Shown here: positions 48,728 to 57,142 of the stretch, in pieces
How positions within the stretch are numbered: the stretch's first letter is position 1
Layout of the letters: every line of letters starts with the position of its first letter
DNA from: a virus
Lineage: Duplodnaviria; Heunggongvirae; Uroviricota; Caudoviricetes
Length of the DNA stretch: 64,000 nucleotides
IMG/VR virus record: IMGVR_UViG_3300044557_000292
Coordinates: 96,001-160,000 of that record
Strand: one strand, 5' to 3'
Notes under the pieces: model-generated
The model's input: only the letters and a program-made list of their open reading frames with translations
The model's database searches: none
Told to the model about the DNA's origin: nothing
Program-made: the position numbers and the translations under genes

Positions 48728-49141
48728 CTATTCTCCTAATTGGAGAATGACCTTATCGGACTTGAATCTAACGTTCGTGATCTTACTCCCAGACCCATTG
48801 ACCTCCACTGGAATAGATAGGCGCGTCTTCGCGGGGTAAGCGTGGTACGCATCGGACAGTTTCGTTACTAGATCTGAGAGTTTTAACTCATCTGGATCAG
48901 CTATGTCCGGGTACAGGAAGCTATCATTGAGAGCATTGGCCGCATTGTCGATGAAGTCATCTTCATCATCACTGGAATCCTCATCGATATCCATATAGGC
49001 GGCCAATGACTTCGTACTAGCCTCCTGAGGAGCGTCAGATGTGATCTGGTTGGATTCGTCTGAACCTATCTCTCGGCTAATGCTCGCGATATAGAAAAGG
49101 TCCTTCCGCTGCTCATCATTATGATTGTTATTACTACTCAT
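48728..49141 (-). CDS. Acidic hypothetical protein
   Basis: ATATCTT-N6-ATG start. Confidence 0.7.
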   Translation of the reverse strand: MSSNNNHNDEQRKDLFYIASISREIGSDESNQITSDAPQEASTKSLAAYMDIDEDSSDDEDDFIDNAANALNDSFLYPDIADPDELKLSDLVTKLSDAYHAYPAKTRLSIPVEVNGSGSKITNVRFKSDKVILQLGE

Positions 49142-49202
49142 AACGATAAGATATCAACGGAAGGACCCAATACTTGTTCTTCACGAATGATCTTGTTGCA
49201 GA

Positions 49203-49505
49203 TCAGATACCATTCGAGTTGTCGTTTCCAACGCTGTTAGCGGTTCCCTTGAACATCTTTGATAGGGCGCCATTGGATCCGAATAACGAGTCACCGAAGA
49301 AGATGAGTACGCCGACGATAGAAGCTACCACGAGGAACATGATCAGCTTAGTGATCTGCTGACTCCTGATGAACATGAATGCGCCTATAGCTACGGCTGC
49401 TAGGAATAGCGGCCCAATCCAGTTATCCCTCACGCTATTCCAAAGATTGTTGAGCCCGGCGCCGACGATCAGATTACTGAATTCAGATGTATATAAATTG
49501 AACAT
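49203..49505 (-). CDS. Conjugative pilin-like (TcpD/VirB2-like) small membrane protein
   Basis: Two close TM helices, 100 aa, strong AGGAGAGG SD, next to tcpC. Confidence 0.6.
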   Translation of the reverse strand: MFNLYTSEFSNLIVGAGLNNLWNSVRDNWIGPLFLAAVAIGAFMFIRSQQITKLIMFLVVASIVGVLIFFGDSLFGSNGALSKMFKGTANSVGNDNSNGI

Positions 49506-49634
49506 TTTCCTCTCCTGTTTATGAAGAACCTACATATTGCGTTACATGGGTAAGATATCACCGCATTTTCGCAAAACGCTAATTAAGCACCTCATTAGTT
49601 ATTAAGGATATTCTTTAATCACTTAACGATGTGA

Positions 49635-51344
49635 TCATTCATCAGCGTTATTCTGCGGATACCAAGGATAACTTTGAATATCAACCACAGACAACTTATC
49701 ACCGTCCTTCGCAACCTTAATGACGTAGGTAGACTTCTGCTTGATGGTGTTAGAGTCATCTACCTTATCATTCCATTCCACTGTTGCTAGCACCCTGTAG
49801 TATGGATCTGACGATGGGGCCCCGTAAACCTTATAATCGAGATCCCCGTCCAATGTGACCGAACCATGCAGACCGGTCTTCGTTTCGGGGGTTCCCTTAC
49901 GTGACACGAGAGTGGTAAGAGCGTCGGAATCTGATGCCGCCCATGCTTGCATGAACTGCTTGACAAGAGCCGTCATGGTATCATTCTCGATCTCCTTAAC
50001 CTCCTCACCATTGCCGGGAAGAAGGTATCCCTTTACGGTCGAACCAGGGGAGGATATGGTCGGTTCTGGTATGAGTGTTGGGGAGTTCTCCGATACTGAG
50101 AACTTATGAATCTTAGTGTCATAACCCAAATCAACCTGATAGAAGATCATCTTATACTTGATTGATCCGCTGGAGTCTTTTATGACGTTACCGTTCATAT
50201 CTAGCCTATAGACAAGAGCACCAAGTTGATACGTAGCCGTTGATCCACCGACATCAAGAACCTTCTCACCATAAACATACGGACCGTACTCGATCTTCTG
50301 CTTGACAGTCGTTGGAATGGTGAGGTTCTGATAGCTTCCATTATTCCCGCCCCTCGCGTCGTTGGTGGCATCAGAGTACGAGACTCCCTTATAGAACATG
50401 TCCATGACCTGGGCTGTTGACGCGCTGCCGTCAGCCTGGAGGTATGCTGTTATGAATTGCTGGGCAACGCCTGATCCCTCCTGTAGAGGGAATCCAGTGT
50501 CATTATTCACCTGTCTAGCAATGCTAGCAATCTGACCCTCAGACGGTATAGCCTTCGGTACGAGGGTCTGGTACCCAGCCAGCAGGAGAACAAGGAAGAT
50601 GACCGTCAACGTGATCATACGATACGTCTTAGCCTTCTTGGCCAAATCTGATGCCGATCTTGGCTGGATTGACGATGCGTGAGATCTCCTCACATTCCTG
50701 TTATCACGCTTCTGTCTCTCCTCGATATGCTGGACAGACCTCGCCTCAGCGCGTTTCATCTCATTTGGATCATACTGATCGTCATTAGATTGACCATCAT
50801 CATTACGCTTATAAACATTGAATTGTGGCCGATTATTAGCAGAGGGCCCCACTGGTTCTCGTCGTGAGTTCTGTGGTTGGAGTCCATCCTGATTATAAGA
50901 GTTATCATCATAATCATGATGCTCATCCCCAGATTGGTATTGACGATCCTGATACTGATCATTCCTAGGGGGATTCTGATTCGTTAATTGCATGATCTGC
51001 TCTGGTGACATGACGTCGTCATCATATTCTTGATAATCATTCAGATCCTGATCTGTGTTCTGGTCATGACGAGGTGCACTTACATGCTGTTTCGGCTGTG
51101 GATTAGGATCGTCATTATCCGCATCGTCAAAAACTGGTGCCCATTCCTCATTATGGTCATTGGAATCATCTTCACCAGATTCAAGATACAACGACTCGTC
51201 AATCTGATTGGAATCAAAATCATTTGAGGATCCAGGCAATGGCAATTGATCAGACGCATTTCCTGACCCAGCATGATTGCCACTAGTGTCTTGAACGTGA
51301 TCTTGTCTACTAGAATGAGTAGATCCCCTTCTCGGTAAAGCCAT
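49635..51344 (-). CDS. tcpC: Conjugal transfer protein TcpC (VirB8-like) with long disordered N-terminus
   Basis: TM followed by two NTF2-like domains (AQQFITAYL, VKQFMQAWA, ATVEWND..QKSTY). Confidence 0.75.
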   Translation of the reverse strand: MALPRRGSTHSSRQDHVQDTSGNHAGSGNASDQLPLPGSSNDFDSNQIDESLYLESGEDDSNDHNEEWAPVFDDADNDDPNPQPKQHVSAPRHDQNTDQDLNDYQEYDDDVMSPEQIMQLTNQNPPRNDQYQDRQYQSGDEHHDYDDNSYNQDGLQPQNSRREPVGPSANNRPQFNVYKRNDDGQSNDDQYDPNEMKRAEARSVQHIEERQKRDNRNVRRSHASSIQPRSASDLAKKAKTYRMITLTVIFLVLLLAGYQTLVPKAIPSEGQIASIARQVNNDTGFPLQEGSGVAQQFITAYLQADGSASTAQVMDMFYKGVSYSDATNDARGGNNGSYQNLTIPTTVKQKIEYGPYVYGEKVLDVGGSTATYQLGALVYRLDMNGNVIKDSSGSIKYKMIFYQVDLGYDTKIHKFSVSENSPTLIPEPTISSPGSTVKGYLLPGNGEEVKEIENDTMTALVKQFMQAWAASDSDALTTLVSRKGTPETKTGLHGSVTLDGDLDYKVYGAPSSDPYYRVLATVEWNDKVDDSNTIKQKSTYVIKVAKDGDKLSVVDIQSYPWYPQNNADE

Positions 51345-51420
51345 ATGAGAAAGATATCAAAGAGCAGGAAGATGCGAATGATCGCGCATACTGTCACTTA
51401 ATGTCGGTACTATTGTTCTT

Positions 51421-52818
51421 ATGGGCGATGATACGATGAGAGGCGGATTCACATCAATCCTCACCGGTGGTGAAACTGATGAGAGACTTGAGGACAAGCC
51501 TCTTGCCATCAGAATGAGACCGAGAACGTTAGATGAGGTAGTCGGTCAAGACCGGGCCCTGTCACCCGGTTCTCCCTTGAGGAGGCTATCAGTTCCCGCG
51601 AGTGAGTCGATGACCGTAGCTCCAAGCTCGGTCATTCTATATGGACCCCCTGGAGTGGGGAAGACCACGCTTGCTAAGATCATGGCCAGCCAGTCAAAGC
51701 GAATCCTCGTTGAACTGTCAGCAACTGATTCCAGTGTGAAGGACGTGAAGACAGCCATTGACAGGGCGAGGAAAACATGGTCAATGTTCCATAGGGAGAC
51801 CATTCTGTTCATTGATGAGATTCACAGATTCTCAAAGAGCCAGCAGGACGCGCTGTTACCCGGTGTTGAGAACAGGGATGTGACATTCATAGCTGCAACG
51901 ACAGAAAACCCTAGTTATTCCGTGATTCACCCACTCCTATCAAGAAGCGTTGTGGTCAAGCTTGATGAGCTTACTGATCATGATATTGGGCTCATCATTG
52001 ACAAGAGTATTCAGTCTAGCCGCGGTTTGAATAAGTCTATGACGATCACCGATCAGGCTAAGAACACGTTGATAGAATTCAGCGGTGGGGATGCTAGAAA
52101 AGCTCTTGGTATCCTCGAGGCCTCGGTGAGCGCTCATGACCTCAAGCATGAGGATGATACGATTATCAGTGAAGACGACGTGAAGACGGTCATGGACTCA
52201 GCTGACGTTTCGTATGATAGGAGCGGCGACGATCATTACGATCTTGCTAGCGCGTTCATTAAGTCTATGCGCGGATCTAATCCGGATGCCGCTCTTCTCT
52301 ACGCGGCTAGAATGCTGAACTCTGGAGAGGACCCAAGGTTCATAGCGAGAAGGGTCATGATAGCCGCATCAGAGGAGGTCGGGCTTGCTGCACCCAGCGT
52401 GCTTACGCTATGCGTGTCGGCCGCACAGGCTGTGGACATGATTGGCATGCCGGAGGCTAGGATTCCACTTGCCGAAGCCATAATTGCGGTGGCCACTGCT
52501 CCCAAGTCAAACGCCTCGTACCTTGCCATCAACCAAGCGTTTGAAGACGCCAGGAATCATAGGGGTGGATCTGTCCCCAAGTACCTTTGTAACGCTACTA
52601 ATCATGAGAAGCGGGAGAAGGGCTATGGTAACGGGTACGAATATGCTCATGATTGGCCACACGCCGTGAGCCCATTAGAGTACATGCCTGAGGGCATGAC
52701 TGATAAAAGATATTACCATCCCAATAATCGCGGTCATGAGTCAGACATCATGAAGAGGATGATCAGGGTTGATGAGATACTGGGTAGACCACGGATTGAA
52801 GACGATCAGGAGAGATGA
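51421..52818 (+). CDS. rarA: Replication-associated recombination protein RarA/MgsA
   Basis: PLAIRMRPRTLDEVVGQ, GPPGVGKTT, FIDEIHRF, ATTENPS, HYDLASAFIKSMRGS, GMPEAR, PKSN. Confidence 0.96.
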   Translation: MGDDTMRGGFTSILTGGETDERLEDKPLAIRMRPRTLDEVVGQDRALSPGSPLRRLSVPASESMTVAPSSVILYGPPGVGKTTLAKIMASQSKRILVELSATDSSVKDVKTAIDRARKTWSMFHRETILFIDEIHRFSKSQQDALLPGVENRDVTFIAATTENPSYSVIHPLLSRSVVVKLDELTDHDIGLIIDKSIQSSRGLNKSMTITDQAKNTLIEFSGGDARKALGILEASVSAHDLKHEDDTIISEDDVKTVMDSADVSYDRSGDDHYDLASAFIKSMRGSNPDAALLYAARMLNSGEDPRFIARRVMIAASEEVGLAAPSVLTLCVSAAQAVDMIGMPEARIPLAEAIIAVATAPKSNASYLAINQAFEDARNHRGGSVPKYLCNATNHEKREKGYGNGYEYAHDWPHAVSPLEYMPEGMTDKRYYHPNNRGHESDIMKRMIRVDEILGRPRIEDDQER

Positions 52819-53675
52819 CGCTTGAAGTCACTGAACCACTTGATGACGCTATCAACCTTACTCTTGGTTGATTCAAGATCACCACTGAAATTCTTGGCAA
52901 CTACAGACGGATCAGAAAGCGTGTCAAAATAGCTGAACAGGTAGCTCAGCGTCTGCTCATCCTCATTCATCGCGTCCGAATCATAATCATCTAACTGTGA
53001 GACTGGATCTTCCCCTGGAATGTCATCATCGAGATCAATATCATCTGCGGTTGACCCAGAATCAGATGCGCTCAGCCTGTCTGCCCTTGGAGCATTGCCC
53101 TTAGGATCAAGATCTTGGAAGGAGTCATTCTTCACGTCATTGTCATTAGGATCTGAAGATGCATCATTCTTGATGGACGCCCGCTCGTCCTGAACGATCT
53201 TATTGATCTTATCCGCTGCTACGATTGGATCATCATTAGAGGTCTCGGCCTTAACCCTCTCGGTTATCTTTGGAAGCGTGTCCTTAATGTCCCTGGTCTG
53301 TGCTTCTGTAAGCATGAGGCGCGTGCCGTCAGGAGCGGCGGACTCTAGTTCTGATATGACGGACGCCTGATTGATGAGCTGGTAACTCCTACTGGTCGAC
53401 ATGTCGAATTCAGTGCTCACATACTCAGACCATGTTGAGTAGCCTAGTGACTTCCACGCCTTCCCATCATGAGCCCTCTTAATAAGAATCCATGTAGCCG
53501 TCGCCGCCGCCTTGATGGAGTCAGTCACCCTCCTGGCAGCCTCTTCCGTCATAGCACCCTCGGCTAACAACTCCCTGCTACGATCATCTTTCTTCTTCTC
53601 AGCGCGGCGCCTCTCGGCATCTTCGAGGTCCATCTGGGTCTGCGCGTCAACAAGCTGGTCCATATAGTCAGTCAT
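52806..53675 (-). CDS. Hypothetical DNA-binding (HTH-like) protein of mobile elements
   Basis: AWKSLGYSTWSEYVSTEFDMSTSRSYQLINQA, a pattern typical of phage/plasmid proteins. Confidence 0.6.
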   Translation of the reverse strand: MTDYMDQLVDAQTQMDLEDAERRRAEKKKDDRSRELLAEGAMTEEAARRVTDSIKAAATATWILIKRAHDGKAWKSLGYSTWSEYVSTEFDMSTSRSYQLINQASVISELESAAPDGTRLMLTEAQTRDIKDTLPKITERVKAETSNDDPIVAADKINKIVQDERASIKNDASSDPNDNDVKNDSFQDLDPKGNAPRADRLSASDSGSTADDIDLDDDIPGEDPVSQLDDYDSDAMNEDEQTLSYLFSYFDTLSDPSVVAKNFSGDLESTKSKVDSVIKWFSDFKRHLS

Positions 53676-53682
53676 GAATTCC

Positions 53683-54804
53683 TTACTTTCCTTTACGTGT
53701 TCTTTCAGAGAGCTTTCGATTCCAGTTCTTCAATAATGAAAAGATATCATGATGATGAAGTTTCCGATCAATCTTCCTCACGTCCTTATCGGTTAGCCTG
53801 GGGACTCCATTGAACCTTGACACGCAGTCAGCAATCTGGATCTTAACATCTTGATCACGTCCAATCGACACGACGCCCACATAAGACTGCCCGGCGCCAT
53901 TCACAGAGGGGTAAGATATGATGCCGGAGTGAACAGATGTGTCGTCATTCACAGAGTTCACGTCTAGTAGAATGACAATTGGATACAGCCCGGGGATCTT
54001 TTGATCTACACGATTCTGCATCCATTGTAGGAATCGTATGACTGGCCTTCCATGATACGTGAAACCCTTCTTATCAGGATTCAGACCCTCATCCATCACC
54101 GCGGGGATGATGACCAGGATAAGACCTCCAGTGCTATACCATACCCATAGGGATTTCCCCCTCAGCGCTTTAATGCTACCGCTCTTTACGGAAGGCCATA
54201 ATGATCTCATGATCTTATCAATTCTATGATGAACTTGATCATGATCGTCATCATCGCCTAGGATATGAATCTTATTCTTACCATAGTGAATGAAAATGTC
54301 AGACTTGAGGACGATGAGTCCAAAAACGATTCCAATTCCAACTCCAATTGATAGTATGATCCTTAAATCACCCGTCGTGAGGAGTCCATACTCTATTCCG
54401 AACGTTACGGCAGCAGAGGTGATTGTGGTCATCCATCTTGATCTCGTCGAGGTCATGAAGTACGATGCGGTTAGAATGAACAGCCATGTGAAGATAACCG
54501 ACATGCCGAGTATAGATCCACCTAAAGAACTTCCGCTATATGATGCTCCAGTGAGGACTGCCAATGCTGACAATATGATTAAACCGATTATGGACAGTCC
54601 AGCGCGGATCATAACCCGCGCGTTCATCCATATGATGACGATGACGAGCACTCCGAATAGCCCAAGGAGAGGCTTCCACCATTGCTGTGGATAGAACCAG
54701 AGAACAGAGCCTTCTATGATGATGATCAGTGAGGTCATGACGGTCAATGGGACTGAGTTCTTCATGAGGAAGGATCGTATTGCTCTTCCCACACCGTTCT
54801 TCAT
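53683..54804 (-). CDS. Multi-pass membrane protein
   Basis: About six N-terminal TM helices plus a soluble domain. Confidence 0.75.
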   Translation of the reverse strand: MKNGVGRAIRSFLMKNSVPLTVMTSLIIIIEGSVLWFYPQQWWKPLLGLFGVLVIVIIWMNARVMIRAGLSIIGLIILSALAVLTGASYSGSSLGGSILGMSVIFTWLFILTASYFMTSTRSRWMTTITSAAVTFGIEYGLLTTGDLRIILSIGVGIGIVFGLIVLKSDIFIHYGKNKIHILGDDDDHDQVHHRIDKIMRSLWPSVKSGSIKALRGKSLWVWYSTGGLILVIIPAVMDEGLNPDKKGFTYHGRPVIRFLQWMQNRVDQKIPGLYPIVILLDVNSVNDDTSVHSGIISYPSVNGAGQSYVGVVSIGRDQDVKIQIADCVSRFNGVPRLTDKDVRKIDRKLHHHDIFSLLKNWNRKLSERTRKGK

Positions 54805-54874
54805 CTCAACACTCCGTTGCTTGTTCTAAATAATTGCCCTATGATTCTTAGTCGATATGGAATCAAACTCATGA

Positions 54875-55603
54875 TTAATTGCCAGATGAACTGCTGGACG
54901 AGTCTGAAGATCCTTCTATGCTCTGAAGCTGGGCCGATCTTACCTTGGTCGTCACCTGGGTTGCTGATGAAGCGCCATCAATCTTCCATTCCTTACCAGT
55001 CCAGTCAACCTGAATGATCAGCTCGGCTGGAAGACCACACCATGCTTCTGATGGAATCAGAACGGTACCGTGATCCCTATCAACATAGGCCAATTTAGAA
55101 TTGTACGTGAGGTCAGAGTTCTCTTTGAGAGCGCTTGTCCTCAACTGCCATGCAGACATGATCGCCGTGTACCCTGCCGCCTTCAGGGTTTTCTCGTCAA
55201 CGGTCTTACCGCTGGTCTTCGTGTCATCGCTCCAATAGAAAGCGTTCTTGATAGATGACGGGACCTTCGAGTAGTCACCATTAGCCATGTTAGCCAGCTC
55301 ATTAGCAGCGTCATTAGTGGTCAGATAACCATCTTTAATTGACCCGTTATAACTCTTGAGGATGCTAACGAACCATTTCGTTGCGCTCGTGGCGGCGTCT
55401 TTAGGCATGGTCGAATCGTAGCTCGTTGATGTTGAAGATCCTGTTTTGGCAGATCCTCCAGAACCGGGCTTTGGACCATTACTCCTAGGAATCAAGATGA
55501 ATGCCATGAGAAGAGCGATCACTATGATGATAGATAATGCAGCAGTAATGGAAAGAGCTGTCTTCTTGTTCTTTGCGAACCATTTAGTATGATTATTCCT
55601 CAT
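54875..55603 (-). CDS. Membrane-anchored secreted protein
   Basis: N-terminal TM. Confidence 0.7.
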   Translation of the reverse strand: MRNNHTKWFAKNKKTALSITAALSIIIVIALLMAFILIPRSNGPKPGSGGSAKTGSSTSTSYDSTMPKDAATSATKWFVSILKSYNGSIKDGYLTTNDAANELANMANGDYSKVPSSIKNAFYWSDDTKTSGKTVDEKTLKAAGYTAIMSAWQLRTSALKENSDLTYNSKLAYVDRDHGTVLIPSEAWCGLPAELIIQVDWTGKEWKIDGASSATQVTTKVRSAQLQSIEGSSDSSSSSSGN

Positions 55604-56021
55604 GATTGTTCTCCCATCTCCTCAGCCTGAACCACCACTGCCCTATAAGAACGCCCTCTACGATTACACCAACTGAGACTAGAGAGCTGATAATGATTCC
55701 ACGCGCCCCGTACACGTTAGATGCGGCCAACGCTTTGCTGGCCATATCTGCACCACTGTTGGTTGACCCTGATCCTCCCGTCATGCTAAGATACGACATG
55801 AGACTCTTATTCTCAGCCAGACTAGCATACGGTTGAATGCTTTGCACTGACGATACGAATGCTATGGTAAGCAAGATGAACACGATGGCGATTGCGATCA
55901 TGGTCTTCCTCGGAATTTCTGGACGCTTTTTACCATTATGCTGCGTCTCGTTACTGGTTGCCCCTTCCATCTTGTCAAGAGCGCCGGCCCTCCTCAGGAA
56001 GTCGATCTCATCGGGTGTCAA
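55593..56021 (-). CDS. Two-TM membrane protein
   Basis: Overlaps neighbours in the operon; two hydrophobic segments. Confidence 0.7.
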   Translation of the reverse strand: MTPDEIDFLRRAGALDKMEGATSNETQHNGKKRPEIPRKTMIAIAIVFILLTIAFVSSVQSIQPYASLAENKSLMSYLSMTGGSGSTNSGADMASKALAASNVYGARGIIISSLVSVGVIVEGVLIGQWWFRLRRWENNHEE

Positions 56022-57142
56022 GACTTCATCACCTTCTCTGTTGATTGCAGAATGTCATCAAGCTTCTTGATGTACACGACCTGAGTCTCATTGAGCTTGT
56101 CGAGTAGACCGTTTAATACCTCAGCAGCCCTCTTGATCGAAGACAGCGATTCGTCTTCCACTACGAGCTCATCCTTGGTGGTACCAGTGAGCCTCAGGAA
56201 CAGGTCGATATTCTTAAGACTGGATGAATCAAGACCCATAAGGAAGAATGCTCGATCAGCGCCATCCCGTTCCTTAGCGTCTAGGAGATTATGAACCCCA
56301 GCCCTGATATCAGGATCCGTCTCAATGACCTCCTTGACAATGCTGCTCTCATCAAGATTTTCAATCCTTCTACCCTTAACATACGATATGGCTCTAATGA
56401 ACTGGACTACTGTTTTCTGTGAGCCCTTATCGAGATGTCTGTAATTATCAATAACGAATATGATCTTCCTCACGAGATCTACATCAATGGTAGACTCACG
56501 GCCGTCATCAACAATGACGTTAGGTATTGCTGGAACGATATGCGTCGTTTGATTGGAATCACGATCATTCCGTGTTGTGCTTTCAACCTGTCCATAACTC
56601 ACGGTATCATTAGGATCGTTCAATGGTACCGTATCGTATTGATTGACTGGAACTCTCTCATCAGATGAATCATTATTGGGGGCAATAACCGGCTTCTTGT
56701 TAAGATTCCCCTGATCTTCCCTCGGTGCAGGTTTTGGCTCAGGAATCTTCACAGCATTGAGGTCAGGGACTTTCATCTCTTTCTGTTGGGGAGCCGTGTA
56801 ATCGTCATCAAGATCATCTAAAGACGAATAATCATCCTGTCCCTGAATGGTCAGCTTGGGGATCATTGACGACTGTTCGTCATCTCCTTGATTTGAATCC
56901 TCAGTATCATCAATCGTATACGATTCTTGATCGTTATCGCTGGGCTGTTTAGTATCCCTAACATTCTTATCCGGCTGAAGATCTATTGATGGATCCTCAT
57001 CATCAAATGAGAATACGTCATCCCCATCGCTCTTACCAAGAATGGCGTCAGTTTCTGGGTCACCGCCCAGTAACGACTCGTCATCATCACCATCATCAAG
57101 AAAGTCTGATGAATCGAACGTCTTATCGTCTGCTGCCATCAC
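56018..57142 (-). CDS. Acidic hypothetical protein with helical C-terminal domain
   Basis: Long ORF coupled to the clp gene; AAGGAG SD. Confidence 0.75.
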   Translation of the reverse strand: MMAADDKTFDSSDFLDDGDDDESLLGGDPETDAILGKSDGDDVFSFDDEDPSIDLQPDKNVRDTKQPSDNDQESYTIDDTEDSNQGDDEQSSMIPKLTIQGQDDYSSLDDLDDDYTAPQQKEMKVPDLNAVKIPEPKPAPREDQGNLNKKPVIAPNNDSSDERVPVNQYDTVPLNDPNDTVSYGQVESTTRNDRDSNQTTHIVPAIPNVIVDDGRESTIDVDLVRKIIFVIDNYRHLDKGSQKTVVQFIRAISYVKGRRIENLDESSIVKEVIETDPDIRAGVHNLLDAKERDGADRAFFLMGLDSSSLKNIDLFLRLTGTTKDELVVEDESLSSIKRAAEVLNGLLDKLNETQVVYIKKLDDILQSTEKVMKS

